Of a stretch of 64,000 nt of DNA, positions 37,795-48,201 are shown in pieces. The first letter of the stretch is position 1, and each line of letters opens with the position of its first letter. The stretch is taken from IMG/VR virus record IMGVR_UViG_3300020034_000008, positions 10,331-74,330 of that record; one strand, given 5' to 3'. The position numbers were made by a program, and so were the translations under genes. Under the pieces are notes generated by a model. It was not told where the DNA came from. It saw only the letters and a list, made by a program, of their open reading frames with translations, and made no database searches. Source of the DNA: a virus.

Positions 37795-38265
37795 ATGCCT
37801 GTAACACTTACATGGCCAGTTACGCAGACCTTTGATGGTCAGACACAAACGTTTGGCCGTCATGTCTCGTTTCTTGGGAAAGGTCTACTATCTCCTTTAC
37901 GTGAAGACAACACCACTGGAGATTTTCAGGTTGTAAGTGACGAGGCCAATGTGAAGCAGTGTCTGCGCGATGGGATCCTTACAGCCATTGGTGAGCGAGT
38001 GATGTTGGAGCCATTCGGGACCATCACACCAACTTTGCTATTCGAAGAATCTGATGTTGTAGTAGACTTACTGCAACCTTCTATAAGTGACTATGTACAA
38101 CGATTTGAGCCTCGTGTGATTTTGCAGAGCGCTCAGGTAAACATGGATTCTGCTAATCCTGCTATGACATCATTTAATGTATCAATTGTATACGTTATAC
38201 GAGCAACTAATGCGAGACGTAACTTGGTTTTTCCGTTCTATCTAGCTAGCACAGATAGGGGATAG
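37795..38265 (+). CDS. baseplate wedge gp25/gpW-like (sheath initiator)
   Basis: FLGKG, ILTAIGERVM..FG, FEPRV, NLVFPFY. Confidence 0.92.
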   Translation: MPVTLTWPVTQTFDGQTQTFGRHVSFLGKGLLSPLREDNTTGDFQVVSDEANVKQCLRDGILTAIGERVMLEPFGTITPTLLFEESDVVVDLLQPSISDYVQRFEPRVILQSAQVNMDSANPAMTSFNVSIVYVIRATNARRNLVFPFYLASTDRG

Positions 38266-38267
38266 AG

Positions 38268-40277
38268 ATGTCATTGGCTACAGTTGGTGGATCTTCTCTA
38301 CTAAGTAGAACCGGAAGTCCTGTTATCGACTACACAAGTCTTGACTTTGCGGCAATAAAAGATGACTTGAAGAAGTATGCGCAAGCCACATTCTCAGACA
38401 GATGGACAGACTTCAATCCTAGTCAGTTCGCTGTCGTATTTCTGGACTTGATTTCGTATATGGGTGACTTGCTAACGTTCAATCTGAATGCTGCAATACG
38501 AGAGGTAACAGCTTCAACTTGTCAGCGTAGAGAACACCTAGCACAGATCGCTAAGTCATTCGATTATTTTATGGCTTCTGCTGGTCCTGCTAGTGGCGTT
38601 GTGCGGGTGAATGTAAACGCTGCCAATCTTCCTATGGCTATAATAGCTGCTACTCAGCAATGGTCTGCTGGCGATATTATATTCCAGCCTTCACAAGATA
38701 TAACTCTAATTGCTGTTGCTTCTCCTATAGCTATTGACAACGGTGATGGTACTTGGGACTTCTTAATACCAGTTATAGAAGGTCAGCAACTGACAGACGT
38801 TACACTGGGAGTGTCTGATGGCACGCGTGAGCAGTCGTTTGCTTTAACTCAAACACCACTATTAGACAATACACTGGTTGTTAAGGTGAACGGTTCTGCT
38901 TGGAGCCGTGTAACTACATTTACTAATAGTGGGCCAACTGACACTGAATATTTGGCTGAAACAAATGATGACGATAATACAACAATATTCTTTGGTGACA
39001 ATGTAAACGGGAAGATTCCACCACTTGGTCAGACTGTCACAGCTACTTGGAAAGCTGGTGGTGGGCAACGTGGCAATGTAGGTATCGCTACAGTTACTAC
39101 TATTACTACTCCTGTTACTGGTATGAATAGTGTCACTAACGATTCTATAATGACTGGTGGATCTGAGCGAGAGACACTTAGTCATGCACGTTCGGCTTTG
39201 CCAAAATCTTTAGTTGCTGGTGATAGAGCTATCTCTATTACGGACTATGCAATTGTTGCTAAGCATACTTCGACTAGTGTGCAAAAAGCTTCGGCTCGCT
39301 TTTCACAGGACGGAGTAGTTGAAGTGGCAATCGTGCCTAACGGCGGCGGGTTACCTGGTGACACACTTAAAGCTGCGGTATCTACTTATGTGTCTGCTCG
39401 CAAAGCTGTTGGCCAACGTATACGCATTATAGACCCGACGTATATAAAGATAGCTGTGTCTGTCGACGCTTACGTTGACCCATCTAGTGACAAGGTACTT
39501 GCTAAGCAGCGTGTATCTGACTTATTTCTTACTGCTGATAGTACCGATATTCAAGATGCTATTTTTGATTTGCCAAATGTTGGTTTTGGCGCAAGAGATG
39601 ATGACCATCAACCACAGCTTACTATTCAGCGCGTCTACGATCTTCTGAATGAACTTAAAGCTGTAGGTATACCAAGCACTAGGCTTATATCATTTACGAC
39701 TAGCCCTATAGCAGTGTCTGTTGGTGCTGCAACAGGTAATGGCACATTTACTTTTACTACAACTGATACTGGCGCTAAGAAGCGTAGGCAGTGGCGTGTA
39801 GTGTTTACGTCACCTACAACGTACACAGTTTATGAACGTGTTTTTGGTACTATAACATCTATTAATAAAGATGTATTGACTGACGATCGTGGTGGATTTC
39901 CTGCTTTTCCTGTTGGGTCAAAGTTAAATCCAAATTCTACACAGTCGTCAACTTACGGTGTAGACATAGCTAGCTCAACAGACAAGACTGTTAAACGTAT
40001 TGCGTCTGTTGGCACTCTGTTGACTGTTGCTAATGTAGGCGACTCATACTATGTAGAGTGGTTGGCTACTCCATCCGTAGGCACAGTTGGAGTTACCTTT
40101 GTGCCAACCGGTTCAGGTGTATCTTGGTCATTTGTTGCTGGCACCATTGCATATGTAAATGGAGATGAGTTCGTTGTAACTGTGTTTGCAGAGGTTGATG
40201 ACTTAGTATTACCAGCAGACCAAGTGCCAACGTTAGCAGCTACTGACTTAATAGTAAACATAAGGACAGCCTTATGA
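38268..40277 (+). CDS. baseplate J/gp6-like wedge protein
   Basis: IDYTSLDF, WTDFN, FFGD...GKIP, GGG..GNV, GG.ERET, RAISITDY. Confidence 0.92.
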   Translation: MSLATVGGSSLLSRTGSPVIDYTSLDFAAIKDDLKKYAQATFSDRWTDFNPSQFAVVFLDLISYMGDLLTFNLNAAIREVTASTCQRREHLAQIAKSFDYFMASAGPASGVVRVNVNAANLPMAIIAATQQWSAGDIIFQPSQDITLIAVASPIAIDNGDGTWDFLIPVIEGQQLTDVTLGVSDGTREQSFALTQTPLLDNTLVVKVNGSAWSRVTTFTNSGPTDTEYLAETNDDDNTTIFFGDNVNGKIPPLGQTVTATWKAGGGQRGNVGIATVTTITTPVTGMNSVTNDSIMTGGSERETLSHARSALPKSLVAGDRAISITDYAIVAKHTSTSVQKASARFSQDGVVEVAIVPNGGGLPGDTLKAAVSTYVSARKAVGQRIRIIDPTYIKIAVSVDAYVDPSSDKVLAKQRVSDLFLTADSTDIQDAIFDLPNVGFGARDDDHQPQLTIQRVYDLLNELKAVGIPSTRLISFTTSPIAVSVGAATGNGTFTFTTTDTGAKKRRQWRVVFTSPTTYTVYERVFGTITSINKDVLTDDRGGFPAFPVGSKLNPNSTQSSTYGVDIASSTDKTVKRIASVGTLLTVANVGDSYYVEWLATPSVGTVGVTFVPTGSGVSWSFVAGTIAYVNGDEFVVTVFAEVDDLVLPADQVPTLAATDLIVNIRTAL

Positions 40278-42859
40278 GCACAACGCTTCTAGCTACCAAT
40301 CCATTCACAGATAGTTTTACCGACAATATTGTTGGTTTGCCGTGGATTGCTCTACCGTCTCCGATGACAGCAGGCTGTACAATTACCGAGGCTAGTGGTG
40401 TAGAGACATTTACTATTACTTCCGGAACAGACGCTGCATTCACAGGTGTGTTTCCTGCACCACGTCTTGAGCTTCCAATCTTTGCTGAGGACCTTACAGG
40501 CATTGGTACTAGCGCCAATAACTTCATGGCTACGTTCAAGATCACAGTATTAACTGTGGTTGGCGTGGCTGGTAAGCGCGCTGTTGGAGGATTTGGACTG
40601 TGCAAAGTTAACCCTGATACTACACATTCACTTCTGCCAATTATAGAGTTTGGTGGCGACAATAACGCAAGTAAACGTGCCTATCATTCTTGGGGTGGAG
40701 CAATAGGCTCTGTTGCCGACGTTGCAATACCAAACTCTGGCACTTTACCACTGTTTGTTCGTGTTTTACGTTTGGACAACGTTGTTTACGCTGAGTATGC
40801 AACTACTGTTAGTGGCCCGTGGTTTAACTTAACCACGACTGCGGCTACCGGTAGTATGCCTCGTGTAAATGGAACTGGTGGCGATTATGCTCGCGTTATG
40901 TTGTATGCGAGGAATGAGACTTCTGGATCTGGCATAACATTCTCTGTAGATGATTTTAGTATTACGTGTTGGCCACGTTATGCACAATCTGTTGTTGTAG
41001 CGAGTCTTAAAGCTAAGACATGGCAAGGTGGAAGTAGAATTGATTTGTCATGGACTAACCCTGGCACTGGTGAAAATGTGCCTAGGTATATGTCTATTAG
41101 ACGATCTCGTTATGGTCACCCAGAATTACATCCACATCTATATATTGGTGCTGCTCCTGTTGGACTTGGTATTAATACGTTTGGTGAAGAGATTTATTCA
41201 GGTGTACCTATATCGTCCTTTACAGATACTGTGTTAACAGATCGGTTTTATTACTACACAATCTTTATGACTCGTGCTCCTCTTGCTGCAAACTTTGCAA
41301 CTGACGCAGGAACTGTAGCTCAGTTTGCTAATCAAGCCTCCGATACAGACTGGGGGCCACAAGCTGGGCTGCAGAACAAAGTCACTGGCTTGTCTGTTCG
41401 TGACTACTATGCAAGCAGTGGACCTTACATGTACGAACGATTCCCACAGACATACAGAGCACAGGATGAACAGGATCGTGTAGACATAGGCGCTGCACGA
41501 GGTTTGTTAGATAAGTGGTCTGAGTTTGCACAGGCAGGTATTGACGAGTACCGAGCTATAATTAAAGGTGCTGGTTTAATTCGTGATGCTGACAAAGCAC
41601 CATTAGGCATGGTTGGAGATAACTTTGATCAAACATCTATTGTCGATTCTTTTTTAAGAGACCGTGGTATCAATCCTTCTTTGCCGGCACTAGACGCGCT
41701 TACCAAGAGAAGACTCTGGCTTGGAGCTATAGGCTGTTTTAAATTGGGTGGTTCGCACGACGGCGTATGTAACTTTGCGAAGCTGATCACTGGTTGGCGT
41801 ACGTTGACGTGTGAGGAGCCTGGCGGCGATACATCGTCACGCTATCTACGAACGTGGGACGAAGTTTACGTTAAAGACACGTTCAATATTGCCAAGACAT
41901 CTTTAACTTACACGGCAGGACAGGTTGTCATTGCTGGTGGCACACTTACTCCATCTAAATACAAAGGTAGTTACTACGTTGACTACTTCGGCAATGTTAA
42001 GTTGATTATAGACAATACAGCAACTACTATCACATTCGTAGACACTTCGTGGGTAGGATACCCAGAGGTTGTATTTACAGGTATTAAGAATGGAGCTAAC
42101 GGAGTAGATATAACATCTGGATGGCACTTTGCTGCACATCCTAATGACTGGTCTTACGATGGCGCAAAGATTTTACCGTCGGCTGATAACACTGTTAGGA
42201 CTATAACATTAACTGATTACACGCCTACAGGCCCAAGTTTTCAAGTCACTGCTGCACCGCCTGCTGGATCAACTTCTTATGCAGTCGCTAGTGCAATCAC
42301 TGCTGGTGGTAGTTTTGCGGCTCGTGTTGTTACTCACCAATTTCACTTGTACTCTGGTCTTCCGACCTGGCTGTATAATCCAAAGAGTGATTTGGCTCTT
42401 ATTGGAACAGTAACTGATCCGTTCTACGTGATGTGGCTGGGCACTAATTATTACGGTAGTGGTACTCGCGTTACAGCAGGCATACGTGACTACCTGATTC
42501 GAGTGCCTACAGGTGCGGCTAAATATGCGTCTCTTGCAGTCCTGTCCACTATCGGAGCTACAAACGAAATTTGGTTTACTACTGCGGACTTATCTGGTGC
42601 TACTGTACTACCAGGGGATTACGTAAACCCGAATCGAAACCAAGGCCAGTGGTTCCGTATCGTACATGTAGTTGTAAGCGGTGGTACAACAAAAATGCGT
42701 GTAGAGCCAGTCTCTGGAATGGATCCTGCAGCACTAGCGACTGTGGGCGACATAGCTATTATTGCACCTAGAGTAACTGTAGACAGGGATCGTTTTGTGC
42801 GCTCTATACTCCCACTCATTCTACCTGCTGGCAGTGTTCTGTTTGTTTACTACAACTAA
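40274..42859 (+). CDS. baseplate wedge/tail protein I-like with extra beta domains
   Basis: Follows J; YERFPQTYR..D, FKLGG...G, C-terminal ILPAGS; FN3-like segment. Confidence 0.65.
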   Translation: MSTTLLATNPFTDSFTDNIVGLPWIALPSPMTAGCTITEASGVETFTITSGTDAAFTGVFPAPRLELPIFAEDLTGIGTSANNFMATFKITVLTVVGVAGKRAVGGFGLCKVNPDTTHSLLPIIEFGGDNNASKRAYHSWGGAIGSVADVAIPNSGTLPLFVRVLRLDNVVYAEYATTVSGPWFNLTTTAATGSMPRVNGTGGDYARVMLYARNETSGSGITFSVDDFSITCWPRYAQSVVVASLKAKTWQGGSRIDLSWTNPGTGENVPRYMSIRRSRYGHPELHPHLYIGAAPVGLGINTFGEEIYSGVPISSFTDTVLTDRFYYYTIFMTRAPLAANFATDAGTVAQFANQASDTDWGPQAGLQNKVTGLSVRDYYASSGPYMYERFPQTYRAQDEQDRVDIGAARGLLDKWSEFAQAGIDEYRAIIKGAGLIRDADKAPLGMVGDNFDQTSIVDSFLRDRGINPSLPALDALTKRRLWLGAIGCFKLGGSHDGVCNFAKLITGWRTLTCEEPGGDTSSRYLRTWDEVYVKDTFNIAKTSLTYTAGQVVIAGGTLTPSKYKGSYYVDYFGNVKLIIDNTATTITFVDTSWVGYPEVVFTGIKNGANGVDITSGWHFAAHPNDWSYDGAKILPSADNTVRTITLTDYTPTGPSFQVTAAPPAGSTSYAVASAITAGGSFAARVVTHQFHLYSGLPTWLYNPKSDLALIGTVTDPFYVMWLGTNYYGSGTRVTAGIRDYLIRVPTGAAKYASLAVLSTIGATNEIWFTTADLSGATVLPGDYVNPNRNQGQWFRIVHVVVSGGTTKMRVEPVSGMDPAALATVGDIAIIAPRVTVDRDRFVRSILPLILPAGSVLFVYYN

Positions 42860-42868
42860 GGGGTAGTT

Positions 42869-44251
42869 ATGGCTGACGTTACACAGAACACATTCGACGA
42901 GACAAAGAAGTATGTTAAAACTATATTTCAACGTGGTCGTAATGTACTCGATTCAGAGTTAAATGAATTACAAGACGATGCCCGCGTAAATTTCTATCGA
43001 GAGATGCAAGTTGTTTTTGGTACAGACCTTGTAGTTAAAAGTGCTGTTTCTTTTGCTATAACTGGTGGTACAAATCAAATTACTATTGCCGCTGGTATAG
43101 GTTCTGCTTACGGCTATATAATTAGTCAAGCGTCACCTATAAACGTAACTGGTCTTACAACGCCTGGTGGTGCCAGAACAGACTGTGTATGGCTGTCTAT
43201 TTCAGAGAGTGAAATAGATAGCGTTGCTGATCCAGCAATTGCTACTGCTGCTCTTGGAGAAACCACACGAAGATCTAAACTTGTAATTGGTTGGGGCGTA
43301 ACTGAGAACTCTCTAGTGCCTCCAGCAAATACAGGTGAACCGTGGGCTGTAGGTGTTGTCTATATACGAGTTGCATTATTGTCTCGTATAGCATCAGTGA
43401 CTATAGATAGCTCAATGATATACGATCGTAAACAACTATTTCGCCAGTATATTGGTAGTCTGTCAGCAGACTTTGTACCTATTACTAGTTATTTATATGA
43501 CGATGTATCTCACTCAAATGTAGACAGACTTGGTTTCGACAACTTTGGAGCGGTAGGTAATTGGAGAGAAGACTGGAGTTGGAAGGCTAGCTCTGGTTCA
43601 TCGGACTATGCTGCTAGAAACTACACGTTTCTGTCTAATGGTACAGGGTCTGCTCTACGTGATCCTCCTGTTGCAGGCATAGAGTTTGGCACTGGTATAA
43701 CTATACGCTGTGGTGTTGGAGAAGCGTCAGGTAAATACGCACAAGTCAAACAAAACTGGCTTATAAGTCCTAATACAAAAACTCTATTCGCTATAGAGTG
43801 GTCTGTTATATACGGAGGTACAGAAGTAGCAGGGTTTGGTGCCGCTACTACACAAATATTTCGTTGTGGATTAGCTGATACTCTTACAACAGGTGTACCT
43901 TCTGTTGCTGCTGCTTACTTTGAGTGGAGTGGGCCTTCACTAGCTGAGTGGAATGCAAAGGTTGTCGGGGCGAGTAGCAGTGGTGCTTTTACAGCCGTGT
44001 CTGGTGGCACAGCGCCTAGACACTTTAGAATCGAGATAATAGGATCTGCTGCTGACTCACTTTCTGCATCTCGTGTAAATTTTTACATTGATAACAGGTT
44101 AGTAGACTCAAACACGTCTTCTTACCCTTCTACTGGCACACTAGGTTTCTTTTGTTCTGCTGTGTCTACAGGTACAACTGTGATTGACACAATGGTAATT
44201 TCAGATGTTCGTGCAGCGTGGCGCCGAATGGTTACTCCATCTAAACGCTAA
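42869..44251 (+). CDS. baseplate/short fibre protein (DUF4815/DUF6519-like N-terminus)
   Basis: TFDETKKY....FQRGRNVLDSELNELQD; lectin-like C-terminus. Confidence 0.65.
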   Translation: MADVTQNTFDETKKYVKTIFQRGRNVLDSELNELQDDARVNFYREMQVVFGTDLVVKSAVSFAITGGTNQITIAAGIGSAYGYIISQASPINVTGLTTPGGARTDCVWLSISESEIDSVADPAIATAALGETTRRSKLVIGWGVTENSLVPPANTGEPWAVGVVYIRVALLSRIASVTIDSSMIYDRKQLFRQYIGSLSADFVPITSYLYDDVSHSNVDRLGFDNFGAVGNWREDWSWKASSGSSDYAARNYTFLSNGTGSALRDPPVAGIEFGTGITIRCGVGEASGKYAQVKQNWLISPNTKTLFAIEWSVIYGGTEVAGFGAATTQIFRCGLADTLTTGVPSVAAAYFEWSGPSLAEWNAKVVGASSSGAFTAVSGGTAPRHFRIEIIGSAADSLSASRVNFYIDNRLVDSNTSSYPSTGTLGFFCSAVSTGTTVIDTMVISDVRAAWRRMVTPSKR

Positions 44252-44556
44252 TGAGTGCAACATACCAACATTCTGTAGGGATTGAAATCTCTATTACTCT
44301 GCCTTCTTGGGCATTGAACACTGTTGATGCATCTCTTACAGCTAAACTGGTTAAGCCAGATGGCTCTACTTTGTTTAAGGATGACACTGATGTTATACAG
44401 ACTAATTGGCCTGTAGTCGTGTATACGACTAAACACGGTGAGTTAGATCAAGTTGGTTTGTATAAGTGGGCACTTACTCTTCGTTATACTGGTAAAGAAT
44501 TTCCACTTGACCCTATTCAGTTTCGTATTTGGCCACAAGATAGAGAGGGGTCATAA
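44251..44556 (+). CDS. BppU-like Ig-fold protein
   Basis: VKPDGS...YTT..GELDQVGLYKW pattern. Confidence 0.6.
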   Translation: MSATYQHSVGIEISITLPSWALNTVDASLTAKLVKPDGSTLFKDDTDVIQTNWPVVVYTTKHGELDQVGLYKWALTLRYTGKEFPLDPIQFRIWPQDREGS

Positions 44557-44560
44557 CTGA

Positions 44561-44848
44561 ATGATGATCGATATAAACGGCAATGTCATAGCTACTGCTG
44601 TTAGTACATTTGTTACAGTAGGTGGAATTCTTATTTGGTTCGGTTTGAATGTACTAGGCAAAATAAGTGGCTTAACTAAATCAGTTGCTGATTTAAAAGA
44701 CAGCATGGCTGAGATGAAGGTAGAGCAAAAAGCGTCTGTATTACATCTGGATATAAAGCTAGATAAATGGGGCGAGCGTTTAGGCGAAGCTGAGATTCAC
44801 ATTGCTGTGCTTAATTCAAAAGCGCAAAACAAAGATACAGAGGATTAA
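44561..44848 (+). CDS. membrane protein (N-terminal TM plus coiled coil), holin-like
   Basis: One TM helix followed by heptads. Confidence 0.55.
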   Translation: MMIDINGNVIATAVSTFVTVGGILIWFGLNVLGKISGLTKSVADLKDSMAEMKVEQKASVLHLDIKLDKWGERLGEAEIHIAVLNSKAQNKDTED

Positions 44849-44852
44849 TAAT

Positions 44853-45197
44853 GTGGATGAGATTACACCTCATAGTCACCCGCTATCTCTCGAACCTAAC
44901 GGACACTCGAAAGAGTATAAGGCTGCAATTGCAGCAGCAACGTCTCTTGTCGATCTTGCAAGGTACTTGTCTGAGAGCGCATCAACTATCGATACGCTGG
45001 AGGGAGTGGATCGAGTCACCGCGATGGCGGAAATACAGATTCGCATCACCGAGTGCGCAGAAATGCTTGCGGGATCCAATAACTCTAAACGGAATGATCG
45101 ATCAAGTAGAACGAGACTTACAGCTTTGACTTTCGTAATAGTAGGCCAACTAAGCATGGTAGCTATAGCTGGTATACTATACTTCTTGTTGCACTAG
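44853..45197 (+). CDS. membrane protein with C-terminal TM
   Basis: GAGGA RBS before GTG 44853; hydrophobic C-terminus. Confidence 0.55.
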   Translation: MDEITPHSHPLSLEPNGHSKEYKAAIAAATSLVDLARYLSESASTIDTLEGVDRVTAMAEIQIRITECAEMLAGSNNSKRNDRSSRTRLTALTFVIVGQLSMVAIAGILYFLLH

Positions 45198-45205
45198 GGG
45201 CGTAT

Positions 45206-45586
45206 ATGACTTCTACAGAAATTATTGCAATTATAGGTTCTATAGGAGTTTTAGTTACAACTGTGTTTACTGCCTGGGCTGCATTTAAAGCTAAGACTGC
45301 TGCTTCTGCGGCAAAAGTTATTGGTGATGAGAATAAAGTGACAGGTGTAACGCGTGATAAGAAACTGGATAATATCACAGTTCTTGTCGACGGCAGATAT
45401 GGACAAGTTCTACAAGAATTAGCTGACATGAATAAAAAGTTTGCTATCCTAACTGGAGTGTCAGAAGACCACGATAGAGCCGTTGTTGCGCAAGATAATG
45501 CTAACGCTCAACATGATCGAACAGCCGCTGCCTCTAGAGTTATTGCTGCTGGTGGAAGTGTAAAGTTGCCCGATACTAAGCTATAG
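45206..45586 (+). CDS. membrane protein (N-terminal TM), holin-like
   Basis: One TM helix followed by a helical tail. Confidence 0.55.
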   Translation: MTSTEIIAIIGSIGVLVTTVFTAWAAFKAKTAASAAKVIGDENKVTGVTRDKKLDNITVLVDGRYGQVLQELADMNKKFAILTGVSEDHDRAVVAQDNANAQHDRTAAASRVIAAGGSVKLPDTKL

Positions 45587-45588
45587 TT

Positions 45589-46359
45589 ATGGCAATTAAT
45601 ACTGGACTACGTATTGCGTATATATTGAAGAGACGTCGTGGACGTGGGGGTAAAAAACCACTTGTGCTTCCTGGCCTTGCGTTTGCCCCACTATGGTTCG
45701 ATGCGCAGGACATCAACGCCGGTGCCGGACAGCCGCTGGACGGCGCGGCGATCGCAACGTGGAAAAATAAGGGCAGCATCGGCGCGGGCGGCGACTGCGT
45801 GCAGGCGACGGGGGCTAACAGGCCATTGTTCAAAACCGTCGGCGCTGTCGGTAAGTTGAACAACCTGAGCACGGTTCGATTCGACGGGGCCAACGACTTT
45901 TTGGTATCGGCCGACTTTACGGCTCTCACCCAACCGACCCTGGTTTGCCTCATAGGCAGTCGAAACGGCGCTGCCAGCCAGGTGTTCTGCGCTGGCAATG
46001 GCGTGACGAACAGGAACCAGATTTGGTACGACGCCTCTGTTAACAAATGGGCGCTATATGCTGGCGCCGTTACCGACGGTGCGTTAACTGCTGACGACGC
46101 CAAATATACGATGTTCGCTGCTACATTTAACTTTGCGTCTTCAGTGTTTCGGGTCAATGGCGCGAACAATGCCATCGGCAATCCCGGGAACAACGTTCTT
46201 GACGGTTTCTCTCTTGGCGGCGACGAGGGCGGCGGCGCGCCCCTCAATGGGGACATAGTTGAAGCAGTCGTGTATGTCGACACAGCCCCAAACCTTGTGG
46301 CGCGAGCGCTTTCGTTTGAAGCGTACGCAGTTGCAAAGTATGGAGCGTTTTCGCAGTGA
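45589..46359 (+). CDS. LamG/concanavalin-like lectin-fold virion protein
   Basis: LWFDAQD, W.NKG, QAT..NRP, VRFDG.ND, LNGDIVE.VVY, Y...KYG. Confidence 0.8.
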   Translation: MAINTGLRIAYILKRRRGRGGKKPLVLPGLAFAPLWFDAQDINAGAGQPLDGAAIATWKNKGSIGAGGDCVQATGANRPLFKTVGAVGKLNNLSTVRFDGANDFLVSADFTALTQPTLVCLIGSRNGAASQVFCAGNGVTNRNQIWYDASVNKWALYAGAVTDGALTADDAKYTMFAATFNFASSVFRVNGANNAIGNPGNNVLDGFSLGGDEGGGAPLNGDIVEAVVYVDTAPNLVARALSFEAYAVAKYGAFSQ

Positions 46360-46444
46360 GCCAAACTAACCCACTACAATTTGTCGTTATGCTCAGAAAA
46401 GATTTTGATCAATCTATGCAACTAATTGAGAAAAAGGAGTAGCC

Positions 46445-47296
46445 ATGTCTGTACGTCTATTTGATATCGGTCGTCAAAAACTTGCTGACGACGCTGACTG
46501 GGACACCGACACTATTAAGGTCATGCAAATTGATCTTGGCGTTACAGATACGATGGTTAAAGCTATCACAAGCTCAACAAACGCTACTCCTATTGTTGTC
46601 ACCTGTACAGCGCACGGTTTCGCTAATGGAGATATTGTTTATATTCGTGGCATTGTTACTGGCACGTCTGGTAATGGAACGTGGCAGATTGCTAACCAGG
46701 CAACCAATACATTTGAGCTTAAGACTGTTAAAGACAATCTGAGTGCTGTTGGCAATGGTGTTGGTTCTGGTGGTGTCGTCATTAACCTTGGCGCGTCTAC
46801 TACAAACCTTGGCCAGATTGATGGCGGACGTATTGGCACAGACCAGACGCTTGGTACAAAGACTTTAGTCAACGGTGTGCTTGACGCTGCTGACCCGACG
46901 TTCACAGCCGTTACAGGCAACGTAGATGCCATTGTGGCATACAAAGACACAGGCGCGGCTGGTACATCTCCTCCGCTTATTTGGATCGATGGCAAGATGC
47001 AGATTGTTGTAGCAGCTGATGCTGCTGGGTCTGCTACCCTTCTATGGGTGGAACAGCTTGCTGGTCCTATTGCCTCTGGCATTGCGTTCGTTACTTCTGC
47101 TGGTGTTACTGTGACTACAACGTCCAGTGCTGTTGCTGGCGCTAGGAGTTTGGCGGTTAGTGCTTTGTCAGGTGCCGTTGCTGCTGGACACACTGCTGAC
47201 GTTGCTACAACAGGTGCCGGTCTGCCGTTTACTGGTGGTGGTGGATCTTATACGTATCAATTCGATAACGGCGTTAATAAGATCATCAAGCTTTAA
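46445..47296 (+). CDS. virion structural protein with an FCCH-like beta insertion
   Basis: AAGGAG RBS; DTIKV, GVLDAAD; insertion ITSSTNATPIVVTCTAHGFANGDIVYI. Confidence 0.65.
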   Translation: MSVRLFDIGRQKLADDADWDTDTIKVMQIDLGVTDTMVKAITSSTNATPIVVTCTAHGFANGDIVYIRGIVTGTSGNGTWQIANQATNTFELKTVKDNLSAVGNGVGSGGVVINLGASTTNLGQIDGGRIGTDQTLGTKTLVNGVLDAADPTFTAVTGNVDAIVAYKDTGAAGTSPPLIWIDGKMQIVVAADAAGSATLLWVEQLAGPIASGIAFVTSAGVTVTTTSSAVAGARSLAVSALSGAVAAGHTADVATTGAGLPFTGGGGSYTYQFDNGVNKIIKL

Positions 47297-47307
47297 CAAG
47301 TGATGAC

Positions 47308-47721
47308 ATGGATGAATCACTGCACATGATTGAAGCACGAGGTGAGTTGATTCCACATCCAGAAGAAAGAGGAGTCTATGATTGGATGGTGAAGTTAACT
47401 CTTGCTAAAAGAGAAACTGATCCAATTACCAAGGATCAGTTTTGGCGAGAGATTGATCACACTGTAGTAAATCACCATGGTTTAGACTTTGGGGGTGCAA
47501 CTGTTATTGCCCTTCAACGCAAATTGTTTAACGCCATTGGTGAGCCAAGTGCTGTGCGCACAATTGTGCAGAGGTCTGGCGATGTGTTGACGCTAGACTG
47601 GCTGCAAGGTCCAGATAGTAAGCAAGTCGAAGTCAAAAACAAAGCAGCTATAAACGCTGCAGGTGCATTGATAGAGGAAGCTAGATTAACACTTGCTAAA
47701 GTAGGGCTGATAGGAGGCTGA
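47308..47721 (+). CDS. hypothetical protein
   Basis: 137 aa ORF. Confidence 0.7.
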   Translation: MDESLHMIEARGELIPHPEERGVYDWMVKLTLAKRETDPITKDQFWREIDHTVVNHHGLDFGGATVIALQRKLFNAIGEPSAVRTIVQRSGDVLTLDWLQGPDSKQVEVKNKAAINAAGALIEEARLTLAKVGLIGG

Positions 47722-47725
47722 TAAA

Positions 47726-48181
47726 ATGGCTGATCTTACTGCCCCACAACTTGTGACATTGGCTACTGAGATTAACACTGATCCCAAGGCACTTACATAC
47801 TTGCCTGCTAGCAAGAACAATATACAGATTGCATCAATTATAAATACAGTTGGTGCATCAGTTGAAACTGTGCGAGCAGGGCTTGTGACATCTGCTCAAG
47901 TTATGGGCGCGATACTGTTGAGTGAGTTGGCAGCATCGCTAACTACACAACCACAACTGTTTCAGTTCTTGTACTACATCAGTTCTGGTTTTGTAGATTT
48001 CAGCAATACTAATGTTCGTGCAGCAATGGTAAGCCTTTTCCCGGTAGGTACTGCCCCAACTACAAGAACAAATTTTCAGAATCTTGTTGATAGACCAGCC
48101 AGCAGGGCTGAGGTTTTATTTGGTGCTGGTCAAATTATCTCACCATGGGATGTTGGTCGTGCTCTCGTAAGGCCGGCTTAG
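47726..48181 (+). CDS. hypothetical virion protein, paralog 1
   Basis: AGGAGG RBS; aligns end to end with the next gene. Confidence 0.75.
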   Translation: MADLTAPQLVTLATEINTDPKALTYLPASKNNIQIASIINTVGASVETVRAGLVTSAQVMGAILLSELAASLTTQPQLFQFLYYISSGFVDFSNTNVRAAMVSLFPVGTAPTTRTNFQNLVDRPASRAEVLFGAGQIISPWDVGRALVRPA

Positions 48182-48201
48182 ATTTTGATTGGAGGTTGAA
48201 T

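Noticed and set aside
45576-46364. 262-aa minus-strand ORF
   Set aside because: Shadow of the GC-rich LamG gene; scarcity of stops is explained by composition
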